A DNA stretch of 64,000 bases from an uncultured Gemmatimonadales bacterium (GCA_963707505.1 CAVPQB010000006.1:64001-128000); one strand, 5' to 3'; numbered from the stretch's first letter, positions 50,995-60,647 are shown. Numbers and translations: made by a program. The notes: a model not told the origin generated them from the letters alone.

Positions 50995-51415
50995 GACACG
51001 ATCGTTCGTACTCGATACCAACATTTACGTGGACATCGAGGGCGATGCGAAGTTCGATGCTGCGGGTAGAGTGTTTGTTGCTCGAAATGCCGTAGTCGTC
51101 AGCAGCGTCGTCGTCGCGGAATTGCTTCTGGCGATCGACTCCGCAAGCAGAGTTCGCCTGCTTGTCAATCTGCGGCGTCAGGTTGAGATAGCCGGCGCGC
51201 TCACCCCAAACGCGTCCGACTGGGAAACGGCTGCACTCGCGTGGACGCGCATGGCGCCGCGTACCAGCCAGCGTAGATCCTTCTGGAACGATCTACTGCT
51301 GGCGGCGAGCTGTGCACGCACCGGCAGTACACTCATTACGAGCAGTGTGTCGGACTTCGCGCGAATCGCGAAGCATATTCCGGTGAGACACGAGCGGCTG
51401 TGGAGGGGCGGGTAG
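50969..51415 (+). CDS. vapC: VapC PIN-domain toxin
   Basis: VLDTNI, SSVVVAELL, NDLLLAA, LITSSVSDF acidic tetrad. Confidence 0.85.
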   Translation: MTSLASKTETRSFVLDTNIYVDIEGDAKFDAAGRVFVARNAVVVSSVVVAELLLAIDSASRVRLLVNLRRQVEIAGALTPNASDWETAALAWTRMAPRTSQRRSFWNDLLLAASCARTGSTLITSSVSDFARIAKHIPVRHERLWRGG

Positions 51416-51416
51416 A

Positions 51417-52934
51417 TCAGAAGGCGAAAGGAACGTTTCGGGCCAGATACGATCCACCCGTGTGATTGCTGAATTCGACGCCGTTCATGCCATTTACGTC
51501 TACAACATGCACCCCGAAGTCACTTCGCGTCCCATCGTAGAGCGGCGACGTGGTGAAGGTCGTGACAGTGCGCCACAGAGGATCAGATTCCCGTATCGCG
51601 GCGAAGTCCCAATACTGAACTACGTACGGGCCAGGTTGGTTAAGGAGCTCGCTGGCGAAATTGAGTGCTTCACTCTGCACAATGTACCGTCCGTTGCCAT
51701 CCGGCACGACGATACTGTCAACAGCAGTCGGTCTTCCCGCTATCTCAGTCTGAAAAGTCCAAACACGGTACGTACCCGGAAGCAGCTGGCGTCCACAGCG
51801 ACTGAATCTCGATACGTCGGTCAACGTCCCACCGCGTTGCATCGTGACCAATGCTTCGACTCCATTCATGTTGAATTGCGTGATCGCGTCGGACTTGAAG
51901 AGGTTGGGGATGTTGTCGACAAGGTATGTCTGAATGGGATAATCGACTCTGTCGCCCGTCCTCATGCCAACAGTCGGCCCGGGCTGCTGATTGCCATCGG
52001 CATAGTCCGTAAGTCCAACGCGCAAGCTCGACTGGCCGTCTATGTGAACTCCCGCAAGCGGCCATGTGGCGCATGCGCTGTCGCTGTACGTGTATCGATC
52101 GGCGTAGGTGTTGTACTCGGTGATGTAGCTCAACGCCGATCCCGGTGTGTACACCCGGTTGAAGCCGAAGACGATGCGAACTCCTACCGTCTGGTCCTCA
52201 GTGACCTTCACACGAAACCGTACTCCGGTGATATCGGATGTCCCCGCCGGAAAGACGGCCATGAACCCGCCGAGGCCGTATCGGCTGCCGATCACAGTAA
52301 GCTCAACGGGAGCGGACGTAACGCTGCCCTCGGCGTTGGCTACTGTGACCGTTATCACGGACCCGCTGTCTGCGATGAAAGCCGATGGGATCGAGTAGTT
52401 GCTCGATGTAGCGCTGGCGATCGGTACGTCATTGCTTTTCCACTGATACTTGAACGGTGCGGTCCCGCTCACCGCAACATTGAACGACGCCGGTTGACCA
52501 GCTTGCGTCTCCGCCGGTTGCGGCTGCGTAACGATGGTCGGGGACACCGCAGGGACGTCCACGGCAAGTAGCACGTTGGCAGAGGAGATAGTACCTGCGG
52601 AGTTGCTGATGCTGACCGAAAAATGTGAGCCGCTATCCGACGCGACAGTTGGCGCGGTCGTATAACTACTCGATGTCGCGCTCGGAATCGCGACACCGTT
52701 TCTTTGCCATTGATAGGCGAGCGGCGACGAACCGGACGCGACAACTGCGAATGTTGCGGATTGGCCGACCGTTACTATTACCGGCTGAGGTTGCGTCTGG
52801 ATCGACGGTGACGTTACGGTTGGAGCGCCCGGACTTGTTGGTGAGCTATTGTCAGTGCGACCACCGCCGCCACATGAGAGCACGATCAGCGCTATGACAG
52901 ACGTGTAACCGAACGCAACCCCGCGATCATGCAT
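51417..52934 (-). CDS. Lipoprotein with two Ig-like domains and unknown C-terminal domain
   Basis: VLSCGGGG lipobox; two repeats P-x-I-x-TQP..GQ.A.F.V..SG..P..YQW..N...I..ATSS.Y..DSGS; start uncertain. Confidence 0.75.
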   Translation of the reverse strand: MHDRGVAFGYTSVIALIVLSCGGGGRTDNSSPTSPGAPTVTSPSIQTQPQPVIVTVGQSATFAVVASGSSPLAYQWQRNGVAIPSATSSSYTTAPTVASDSGSHFSVSISNSAGTISSANVLLAVDVPAVSPTIVTQPQPAETQAGQPASFNVAVSGTAPFKYQWKSNDVPIASATSSNYSIPSAFIADSGSVITVTVANAEGSVTSAPVELTVIGSRYGLGGFMAVFPAGTSDITGVRFRVKVTEDQTVGVRIVFGFNRVYTPGSALSYITEYNTYADRYTYSDSACATWPLAGVHIDGQSSLRVGLTDYADGNQQPGPTVGMRTGDRVDYPIQTYLVDNIPNLFKSDAITQFNMNGVEALVTMQRGGTLTDVSRFSRCGRQLLPGTYRVWTFQTEIAGRPTAVDSIVVPDGNGRYIVQSEALNFASELLNQPGPYVVQYWDFAAIRESDPLWRTVTTFTTSPLYDGTRSDFGVHVVDVNGMNGVEFSNHTGGSYLARNVPFAF

Positions 52935-52993
52935 ACTCTGCCTACAAGCGATCGATCCGGGGCTCGCGTCCGTAGTCATCTCTTTCGCCACGA

Positions 52994-53308
52994 CTACTCT
53001 GACTTCCGGCTTTCGACCGTCGACGCACTGGGAACGTGCGCATTGACGATCAGCTTCGCCGGTTGCGGGCACGCTGCTTCCAGGACTTGCCGTAGCGCGC
53101 TCAGGGCGTCTCCAACCCGTTTGCCAAATGGCCCGAATTCGCTGACGATTGCGATTGCGCGGTCAAGGTAAGGCTTAATGCGCCGATAGACTTCGCAAAC
53201 GTTGATCGCGGCGTCAGCCGGCGGCAGCGCGTTTTCGATTTCCGCGACACAGTGGTCAAAGTTCGCCGCTTGCGCGCCTGTGATGGTGAAAAGTTCGGAT
53301 TGTGTCAT
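52994..53308 (-). CDS. Small hypothetical protein (104 aa)
   Basis: ATG 53308 preceded by AGGAGG; hidden as the C-terminal part of chimeric ORF 52994..53791. Confidence 0.7.
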   Translation of the reverse strand: MTQSELFTITGAQAANFDHCVAEIENALPPADAAINVCEVYRRIKPYLDRAIAIVSEFGPFGKRVGDALSALRQVLEAACPQPAKLIVNAHVPSASTVESRKSE

Positions 53309-53370
53309 CGATACCTCCTGTCTTTGATTGAATGTGTTGGACGAATGATCGATTGTCGCATGCTGCTTAC

Positions 53371-54144
53371 CTAGAAATGCACCGACAACCCGGTCGACAC
53401 CACCGGCCAGACCTTCGCGTACCGATTGATATCCGACTGCGTCTTCTCCCGCTGCGCCGTAACCGCAGCGGCGAGCTGAGCATCCGATGATTCGTTGCTC
53501 GCATGCGAGATCGAGTGTTGGCGATCCGATCACGGCGCCAAGGTCAAACACCAGCCGCACCCGTCCGCCATGCCTTGCTGGCGAACCCCATCCTATGCCG
53601 GCATACCCACCAGTACTGGGAAATGCGAGCCTTCCGGTAAGAACGCCGACCTGCGCACTCGTATAATCCGTTCCGTTGAGATTGATGCTCCCGCTCGACG
53701 TTGGGACACCCGTTGCATTCACCGTGTTTGATGATCCGACTATCCCGCCAGTGAAGTGGAACGAACCCTGGTACGATGGGAATAGATCCACCAGCGCCGT
53801 GTAGTTCTTGAAGTCGAGCTGCGCGGCGTAGTCGACGCCCGAAAGCGTTTGTGCGCGATTGTGTTGAGAAAATTTGCCCCGGCACGCATTCCGACATGGC
53901 CCATGACCAGCTTGCTGACTTCGGCGCCGACGCCGAGCGTGCTTGCCCGCAGTGATATTGCCAGATCCAGCCCGCTTGCGCGTGGCGGCGCCGGAGGGGT
54001 TGCCGTACCAGCGGCCGAATCCGACTTTGCGAGGATTGAAGTCACGACTTCCTGGCCGGCCAACGGCCGTGTCGCGATGACCTGTGCGAGTCCAGCTGCG
54101 GCGCAGATCACCGTCACCTGCATGAACAATTGGCGAGCGAACAT
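53371..54144 (-). CDS. Outer membrane beta-barrel protein, frameshifted
   Basis: CAGGAG RBS, signal peptide, [26 protein letters not shown], and C-terminal [12 protein letters not shown] ending in Phe, in different frames. Confidence 0.75.
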
Positions 54145-54365
54145 CCCAAGCTCCTGGTTGATTGTGGATCGAACGGCCAACGTCATTGTTGGATGGGCAG
54201 CACGTTGGAATTTCCCCGGCGGCCTGTTCCGGATCTTCGCGGCCACGCTGCTGGCCGTCTCGGTCGCCCAGGGTCAGGCTGGCGGTGCTACCTTATTCTC
54301 CTTCAGCGACGCACCTGACGCGATTGCACCACCGCCTGACTGGCGACCTCTCAACGAGCAGGGTG

Positions 54366-57300
54366 ATGACGGGCTGGCAATCCAGGGCTTGTGTGGCTCT
54401 CGCGTTCGCAGCGTGCTCAATCGCATGCAACGCATGCAGTCGTAGTGATGCGAGCCGCGTAGACCATGTTCGGCCGGGTAGTCTCCTCGCTCAACTCCGG
54501 GTCCCACGTCTCATTGAACCGCGACTCTCGGTAGAGACTGATTACGCATCCTGTCCGACCTCCACGTCGCCTGACACTGCAATCTCCACCTCCCGCTGTG
54601 CAGGTCCAGCCACCGATAGAGCTGCTCCACCATCTATAATTGCTCTCGCCACCCGTGCTGCAGCATCGATCCGGTCCGATGCCGATGCCGACGCTCTTCA
54701 CACTGCAGCGCTTGTCGATCTTGTTTGGGGGGACTCGGGAAAGAGCCTGGACCAGTCCATCTCATACTTGCGGGCGGCCGCCAGACAAGACAACGCCGCA
54801 GGCACGCTTGCAGATCTGTCAGCCGCGCTGCTGGTGCGAGCAGGCCGTACTCAGGACTCGGGAGACTTGGTGGAGGCGATGGAACAGGCGGATCGGGCGA
54901 TTGCGCTGGAACCGCGCAACGTAGCTGCGCGGTACAACCTCGCGCTCGCACTCGAGCGACTTGACCTCACGAGTGAAACCGATTCGGCATGGACCAGCTA
55001 CGCGGCGATAGATCGTTCTTCGCCATGGACAAACGAAGGGCATCGACGACGCACCGATACACGAACCGCACTCCACGCTTCACCCACGCCGAATAGCACC
55101 CGCTCGGAAATCGAGACGTTCGTCGCGAAGTCGCCCCAGGCAGCGCGCGAGCTTGGCTGGGACCACGTACTCGGTGCTTGGGCTACGGCACAACTGCAAC
55201 GCGACACCGCAGAAGCCGCTCTGCAGTTGCAGTTCGCGACCGCAATTGCTACCGCCCTGTCGCGCCAGAAACGCGACCCGACGCTCAGCGATGCGGTGCA
55301 TGCAATAGATGGAGCAGCGGCCGACCATCGCGTACTCGACTCGCTTGCCACGGCACACCAGGCGTATGCCCGAGGGCGCTCACTGTACGGTGCAGGTAAC
55401 TACGTAGCCGCGAGTCCGCTATTCGCCCTTGCTACGTCACACTCGGCTCGCTCGCCGGCTCTTTTACGTTGGTCGCGCCTGCATCTCGCTGCAACGCTCG
55501 TGTATCAGGGCCGAGCCAGAAACGGCGAGCAGATCATGCGAGAGGTCATCGCCACGACGGATACGATTCGGGAACCCGCACTCGCCGCGCGCGGCCTGTG
55601 GATGTTGGGAACGACGCTGCTGCGCGCAGGTCGCTATGAGCGTGCGCGCGATTCATTCCAATCGTCACAGGCATTATTTGCGCGCGCCGGTGAGATACAG
55701 AATTCAGGAGCCGTTGTGTTGCTCGAGGCGCGAACCCAGTTCGGGCTGGGCGACAACCCTGGCGGCTTCGCAGCAATGCGACACGGATTGATGACGCTCC
55801 GCCCGTATCACGGCTCTGTCTGGGTGCACGACATCCTGATTGCCGCCACAGATGCAGCTCTGAATGAAGGGTTCTCGAACGCAGCGCTGCATTTCGAGGA
55901 TGAGGACGTAGCAACAGTCATTGACGCAAAACCAGCGATCTATCTGACCGAGGCCCGTCTTGGGCGTGCAAAGCTCCTGCTGAATCGCGGTGAGATGACG
56001 CGTGCATCGCCCGATATGACCGCAGCGCGCCGGTTGATAGATAATACGCCTGCCTCTCTGGCACGCGATTGGGCAACAGCCGATTTACAATATGACAACG
56101 CTCTGGCTTCGTACCGACGACAGCCCGGTGTTGCGGTCGCCGCTCTAGATTCGGTGATCGCCTTCTTTGGAACCGTGCACAACGTCGCGCGTATCGTGCC
56201 TTTCCTCGTCGCCAGAGCAGATGCTCAACTTGCTCGCGGCGACATGGCACGCGCAACAGCAGATCTGGATCACTCGAGTCTCCTGCTCGCAAGTGAAGGA
56301 AATGATATACGAACGGAGTCTTATCGGGCATCGCTCCTCGACGCAGCTCGGCCGGTGTTCGATCGGTTGGTTGCACTGCACGTAGATGCCGGTCGCGCAA
56401 CCGATGCACTGAGTGCACTCGAGCGGGGACGGGCGTTTGTCTCACCCGCTATTAATGCGAGGCCTGGCCTTCGTGATGACCATGTGAAAGCACCGGACGG
56501 ACAGGTGGTGCTCGAGTACTCATTCGTCGGCGACACGCTGGTTACGTGGACCGTTCGCGATACGGTCGTACGCATGCGTCGCGCAACGGTGCCGCGTCAA
56601 CTCTTGATTCGCACGTTGGGTACGGCCCTAACGGCACTCGAGATGCAAACAGCCGATTCCAATGCAGTTCGGACACTCTCGACACTCTACGACTGGCTGG
56701 TGACACCGATCCAGAACGACCTTGGCTCGCCAGGTACGCCTGTTGTGATCATCGCCGACGGCGATATTGCGAGCGTGCCATTCGCTGCGTTGCTTGACGA
56801 GGGAAGTGGCAAGTATCTTGTGGAGTCTCATTCGCTACGGTTCGCTGCTACGATGCACGATGCGCTCGTCGCCAAGCGCGATGCACGCATTCGTCCGAAG
56901 CGCGCGCTCGTCGTCGGAAGTCCGGCCTTTGACCGCCGCGCATTTCCATCGCTGGACCAGCTACCTGGAGCCGCGCTCGAAGCCAGTGCCGTCGAACATG
57001 AATATCCGGATGTAACAGCACTCACAGGAAAGGCCGCGACTGTCGCAGTTGTGGAAGCGAAGATGGCGGATGCCGACATCTTTCACTACGCGGGCCATGC
57101 GATCGTGAACGATGCGTATCCTGACCGTTCATTTCTGGTGCTTTCTTCAGCTGGACCCGGCACGACCGAGTCCGCTGAGTTGTCTGCATCGCGCATACGC
57201 CAACTTGATCTTCGGAAAGTAAGACTCGTTGTGCTATCGGCGTGCGAGACACTTCGGCCGCAGGATGGGCGTTCAGGAGGCCTCGCCGGGCTCGCGGCCG

Positions 57301-57518
57301 CGTTTATCGCCGCGGGCGCCGGTGGTGTTGTAGGCACACAGTGGCGCGCCAATGATCAGACAGCCGTGACATTCATGAAAGATCTTCACGCAGAGCTTCG
57401 TCGCAATGAGAACGGCGCTACTGCGTTGCGTAACGCGCAGTTTCACATGATCCGATCGCCGGATCCTGCGCTCAGATCCCCTGCCGCGTGGGCCGGATAT
57501 CGCTACGTGGGTCAGTAG
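54366..57518 (+). CDS. TPR-CHAT caspase-like protease
   Basis: TPR helices (ARYNLALALERL), CHAT motifs IIADGDIASVPFAAL, catalytic HYAGHA and VLSACET, WAGY; start inferred at 54363/54366 before a hydrophobic Cys-rich segment. Confidence 0.88.
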   Translation: MTGWQSRACVALAFAACSIACNACSRSDASRVDHVRPGSLLAQLRVPRLIEPRLSVETDYASCPTSTSPDTAISTSRCAGPATDRAAPPSIIALATRAAASIRSDADADALHTAALVDLVWGDSGKSLDQSISYLRAAARQDNAAGTLADLSAALLVRAGRTQDSGDLVEAMEQADRAIALEPRNVAARYNLALALERLDLTSETDSAWTSYAAIDRSSPWTNEGHRRRTDTRTALHASPTPNSTRSEIETFVAKSPQAARELGWDHVLGAWATAQLQRDTAEAALQLQFATAIATALSRQKRDPTLSDAVHAIDGAAADHRVLDSLATAHQAYARGRSLYGAGNYVAASPLFALATSHSARSPALLRWSRLHLAATLVYQGRARNGEQIMREVIATTDTIREPALAARGLWMLGTTLLRAGRYERARDSFQSSQALFARAGEIQNSGAVVLLEARTQFGLGDNPGGFAAMRHGLMTLRPYHGSVWVHDILIAATDAALNEGFSNAALHFEDEDVATVIDAKPAIYLTEARLGRAKLLLNRGEMTRASPDMTAARRLIDNTPASLARDWATADLQYDNALASYRRQPGVAVAALDSVIAFFGTVHNVARIVPFLVARADAQLARGDMARATADLDHSSLLLASEGNDIRTESYRASLLDAARPVFDRLVALHVDAGRATDALSALERGRAFVSPAINARPGLRDDHVKAPDGQVVLEYSFVGDTLVTWTVRDTVVRMRRATVPRQLLIRTLGTALTALEMQTADSNAVRTLSTLYDWLVTPIQNDLGSPGTPVVIIADGDIASVPFAALLDEGSGKYLVESHSLRFAATMHDALVAKRDARIRPKRALVVGSPAFDRRAFPSLDQLPGAALEASAVEHEYPDVTALTGKAATVAVVEAKMADADIFHYAGHAIVNDAYPDRSFLVLSSAGPGTTESAELSASRIRQLDLRKVRLVVLSACETLRPQDGRSGGLAGLAAAFIAAGAGGVVGTQWRANDQTAVTFMKDLHAELRRNENGATALRNAQFHMIRSPDPALRSPAAWAGYRYVGQ

Positions 57519-57550
57519 TTACAAACCACTAATCACAAGGAGTCGCCGTA

Positions 57551-58354
57551 ATGCCGTTCGACCTGCGTGTCACCTTTTCGGGAATGTGCTTGTTCGTGCA
57601 GGATGCAGGAACTGGACTGACGCACGTACTGTTGTTGGCGCCAGACCAATGCATTCCGATGTCAATGCCTAGTTCTGCCACGCAGGGCATGTCGCGGCAC
57701 TACCCCCGAGTATTCTACTCCTCATCCTTGGATGGAGCTCCGGAGTCGCTTCCGGCGTCGCCATTTCGGTGTGTGTCGATCGACGACAAGTTGCTGGATT
57801 TCAGCGGTTTACCCCACGACTCCTCCGGATTGACCTTGCCAGACGCAATCGTTCGCCTGGACGTTCCCCCATTGGAGCGCAAGTGGATCGGTCAAAATCC
57901 TACCGATCCGATTTCCGCGCGCGTGGTTCTGCCGTCCACCGGATATATGGAGTATTCACACTGCGTGAGCTGCCATCTGGGTCAAACTCCCGTGCCTGCC
58001 GCAACTCAAGTGACATGGGTACTACGAGATGTGGATGCTGGCGCACTCGAATGGCGCCTCGATGGATTGCGAAAGGACGGCGGTGTCCCGCTGCCGACAC
58101 TTAACCCGCGCATGACGCACGGAACGATTGAATTACGCATCAAAAACGCCGTGCACGACTGCACAGTTCCCGAGGAAACTATTGGACTGCCGCCTGCCGA
58201 TGGCCGCGTGCCACATTTTGCCGCGTACTACACTCCCTTCGGGGTCTCCGGACAGGATCTAATGATTGACAACCCCCAACCTAGTGCGCGTGGTACGGTC
58301 AAGATCAATAGCGACAGTTATACGTGCATGACAGCGCAGGGCCCTCTGACCTAG
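57551..58354 (+). CDS. Hypothetical protein cotranscribed with CHAT protease
   Basis: AAGGAG RBS, 32 bp after CHAT stop; beta-rich, 8 Cys; no family recognised. Confidence 0.75.
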   Translation: MPFDLRVTFSGMCLFVQDAGTGLTHVLLLAPDQCIPMSMPSSATQGMSRHYPRVFYSSSLDGAPESLPASPFRCVSIDDKLLDFSGLPHDSSGLTLPDAIVRLDVPPLERKWIGQNPTDPISARVVLPSTGYMEYSHCVSCHLGQTPVPAATQVTWVLRDVDAGALEWRLDGLRKDGGVPLPTLNPRMTHGTIELRIKNAVHDCTVPEETIGLPPADGRVPHFAAYYTPFGVSGQDLMIDNPQPSARGTVKINSDSYTCMTAQGPLT

Positions 58355-58366
58355 CTTATCCAATTG

Positions 58367-59365
58367 TCATGGAGCGTCGCTGCCGAACATCGACAGCACT
58401 GTCGTCAATGTGCTCGAAATTGTGCTCCAGTTCGGATCAACCTCCGCAACACCGCTCCGAACAGCTTCGACAGCGCGAGCGGCGTTTGCATCATCCATGG
58501 TCGATTTTTGAATGTTCTCCATCAGCTTCGTAGACTCGCGCGTGCGGAAGAACTCCGCATCGCGCGAGGCCGCGGCGATACGCGCGGCCTCGATCCACGC
58601 GCCAATCTCGATCATCCGCGCATCCGGAAGCTGGCGCACGGCCGCACTCGCATGGTCCAGTGACGCGTCAATCGACGACTGCGATTCTCCCGATCGCCCG
58701 GCAATGCCACGATACATCGACGCAATCGGCGCGCCGACCGGCATCTCATCGAGCAACGCCGATGCTGATAACGCGAATCGCACCGCACTCGTGTCCCCCG
58801 ATCGCGCCGCGATTTCAAGATCCGTCAATCTGGCTCCCAGCCGTGCTGCACGCGCGTCGGATGACAAAGTCTCCGACGATCCCCTGCTCGCCGTCCAAGG
58901 CGTGTCATTCCACTCTGCCGGTATATTCACGCCGCGTGCGACAAGACTGACGGCATATTGCGTGACGACCGGCGCAGATGCCGGACGCCGCTTTGCCCAC
59001 ACTAGTGAAATTCCCGCGATCACAGCGAGAGACGCGGCGAGCGCCACCCAACGGCCGAGCGACATCGCGCCTGGCTTTGCTCCAATAGCCGATCGCGCCG
59101 AATCGATGCCTACAACTCCCCCCCCCCGAAGATCGTCCAGCGCGCCGAGCGCATCCGCGAGCACGTCGGCATCCTCGTCCGATGATGCAATGCGCGCGAT
59201 CAGCGCCGAGTGTGCGGCACCATCGAGTCTGCCATCGATCAGCGCCGCCAACTCCTCGGCGTCCAGTCCGCGTTGGCTCACTTCTTCTCCCTCTCCCGGC
59301 AGCGCTGCTTCGTTAGATGGACGAGTCGATCCTTTATCTTCATTCCCGCTGTGGTTGTCGCTCAT
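58367..59365 (-). CDS. Putative anti-sigma factor (degenerate zf-HC2-like N-terminus, one TM helix, extracytoplasmic domain)
   Basis: LDAEELAALIDGRL..ALIARIASS, TM RWVALAASLAVIAGISLVW; ATGA overlap with the sigma factor stop. Confidence 0.7.
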   Translation of the reverse strand: MSDNHSGNEDKGSTRPSNEAALPGEGEEVSQRGLDAEELAALIDGRLDGAAHSALIARIASSDEDADVLADALGALDDLRGGGVVGIDSARSAIGAKPGAMSLGRWVALAASLAVIAGISLVWAKRRPASAPVVTQYAVSLVARGVNIPAEWNDTPWTASRGSSETLSSDARAARLGARLTDLEIAARSGDTSAVRFALSASALLDEMPVGAPIASMYRGIAGRSGESQSSIDASLDHASAAVRQLPDARMIEIGAWIEAARIAAASRDAEFFRTRESTKLMENIQKSTMDDANAARAVEAVRSGVAEVDPNWSTISSTLTTVLSMFGSDAP

Positions 59366-60143
59366 TGTCCGATCGTACCTACCAACGACTGTGCCTGCTC
59401 TCGCGAGACACCAGAAGCTTCGAGTTGCGCGCGTAAACTGCCAAGAGCGCGATCGATTCGTCGATACAGTGATTTTTCGGCGGAAGAGCCAGCACGCGTG
59501 CAACGTCCGCGACGCTCAACTTCTCCCAGTACCGCATGCGAAGCATCAATCGCTCCTCCGCTGGGAGCGTCCCGAGTGCGCGAGTGAGCGCAGCTTCGAT
59601 GGCTGTCCGTTCGTCATCGTCGGCGCGCGATGAGACAAGGTCGTCCGCACCATATTCAGCCGACGTGACAGCGAGCGATTCCGGCCCCACCTCGACCGGA
59701 CGCAACGGCGCCCGCCGTGGAAACCTGGCGAGCATTTCGGCGAGTTCTCGCGGCGAAGGGCTGTTCGCACTCGTTGTGCGCAGCGTTTCAATAGCCTCGT
59801 CGAATGACAGCCCGTCGCGATACACAAGCGTCTCGAGTCGCAGCGCGATCGGGCCGCTGGCGCGCGCAACGGCGGACGGACGCCACCGCCCCCATCTCTC
59901 CGCCCGATAATCGCGAAACGCCATTGCGATGACGACCGTCAGATACGTCGTGAGCGAGCTGTCTCCCCGGAACTTCGCCAGCACGGCGTAACCGCTTTCT
60001 ACCAGTCGCGCGTTGAACGACGATGTGAAGTCTTCGGTATCTTCGCGACTCAGCGAGTGTCGGCGGCAGATCGACGATGCAATCCGCTCGATTGCACCGA
60101 TGTGCTGTAGAAAGAGTGCTTCAAGATCACCCCCCTCAGTCAT
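59362..60143 (-). CDS. ECF-type sigma-70 factor (frameshift near 59480)
   Basis: Region 2 (DTEDF..FRGDSSLTTYLTVV), region 4 (LPAEERLMLRMRY..SVADVARVL), shifted tail LYRRIDRALGSLR..TIGQ stop at 59362. Confidence 0.85.
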
Positions 60144-60369
60144 CAGCGATCTCGCAAGGAATTTCCGCCCGCCATGCCGGTCCCGCCGGGGACGTCGGAA
60201 CATAAGGTACGACTGCCCGGAACGCGTGGCAACGATTCACGGGAGATACACACGCTTCGAATCTGTTGCAGACCAGCCAGCGAACGGTCGCAAAGATTGA
60301 AATCGTGAGCCACGCGCCAAAATGTCAGACAACGAAAAAATCCCCGCCTGCATGGCGAGGACCCTTCAA

Positions 60370-60442
60370 TTGCCCCTCCTGGGGTCGAACCAGGACTCTT
60401 CCGCTCCAGAGGCGGACGTGTTGCCAGTTACACCAAGGGGCA
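60370..60442 (-). tRNA. tRNA-Gln (anticodon CTG)
   Basis: TGCCCCT acceptor/AGGGGCA, D arm GTGT/ACAC, anticodon arm TCCGC-CTCTGGA-GCGGA, T arm CCTGG-TTCGACC-CCAGG; CCA not encoded. Confidence 0.95.
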
Positions 60443-60647
60443 TCGGCCGAATTCCTTCCCCGGCAGATCCACCAAAGCTAAACCCACACCACACCCCCAT
60501 CAACCCCAATCAGCCCGCCCCATCGGGCACAAACAACCCTCGCGCCCCGGCGCGCGTATCTATATACTGTGCAACCGGAAACGACCGACTGGGCATGGGT
60601 CCATCCCGCGCCTGCGTTATCCGGCCGATTACCCATTGCCACCAGCC

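Noticed and set aside
52994..53791. ORF-track 265-aa protein as a single gene
   Set aside because: Chimera of the middle frame of the OMP and a separate small gene with its own RBS.
54207..54215. GGAATTTCC shared with 60158-60166 as a possible ECF promoter element
   Set aside because: Only 9 bp, no matching second element, different distances to starts; could be chance.
50600..60442. att-site duplication of the tRNA-Gln 3' end or integrase
   Set aside because: No copy of the tRNA 3' sequence seen by eye near the vapBC boundary and no recombinase ORF.
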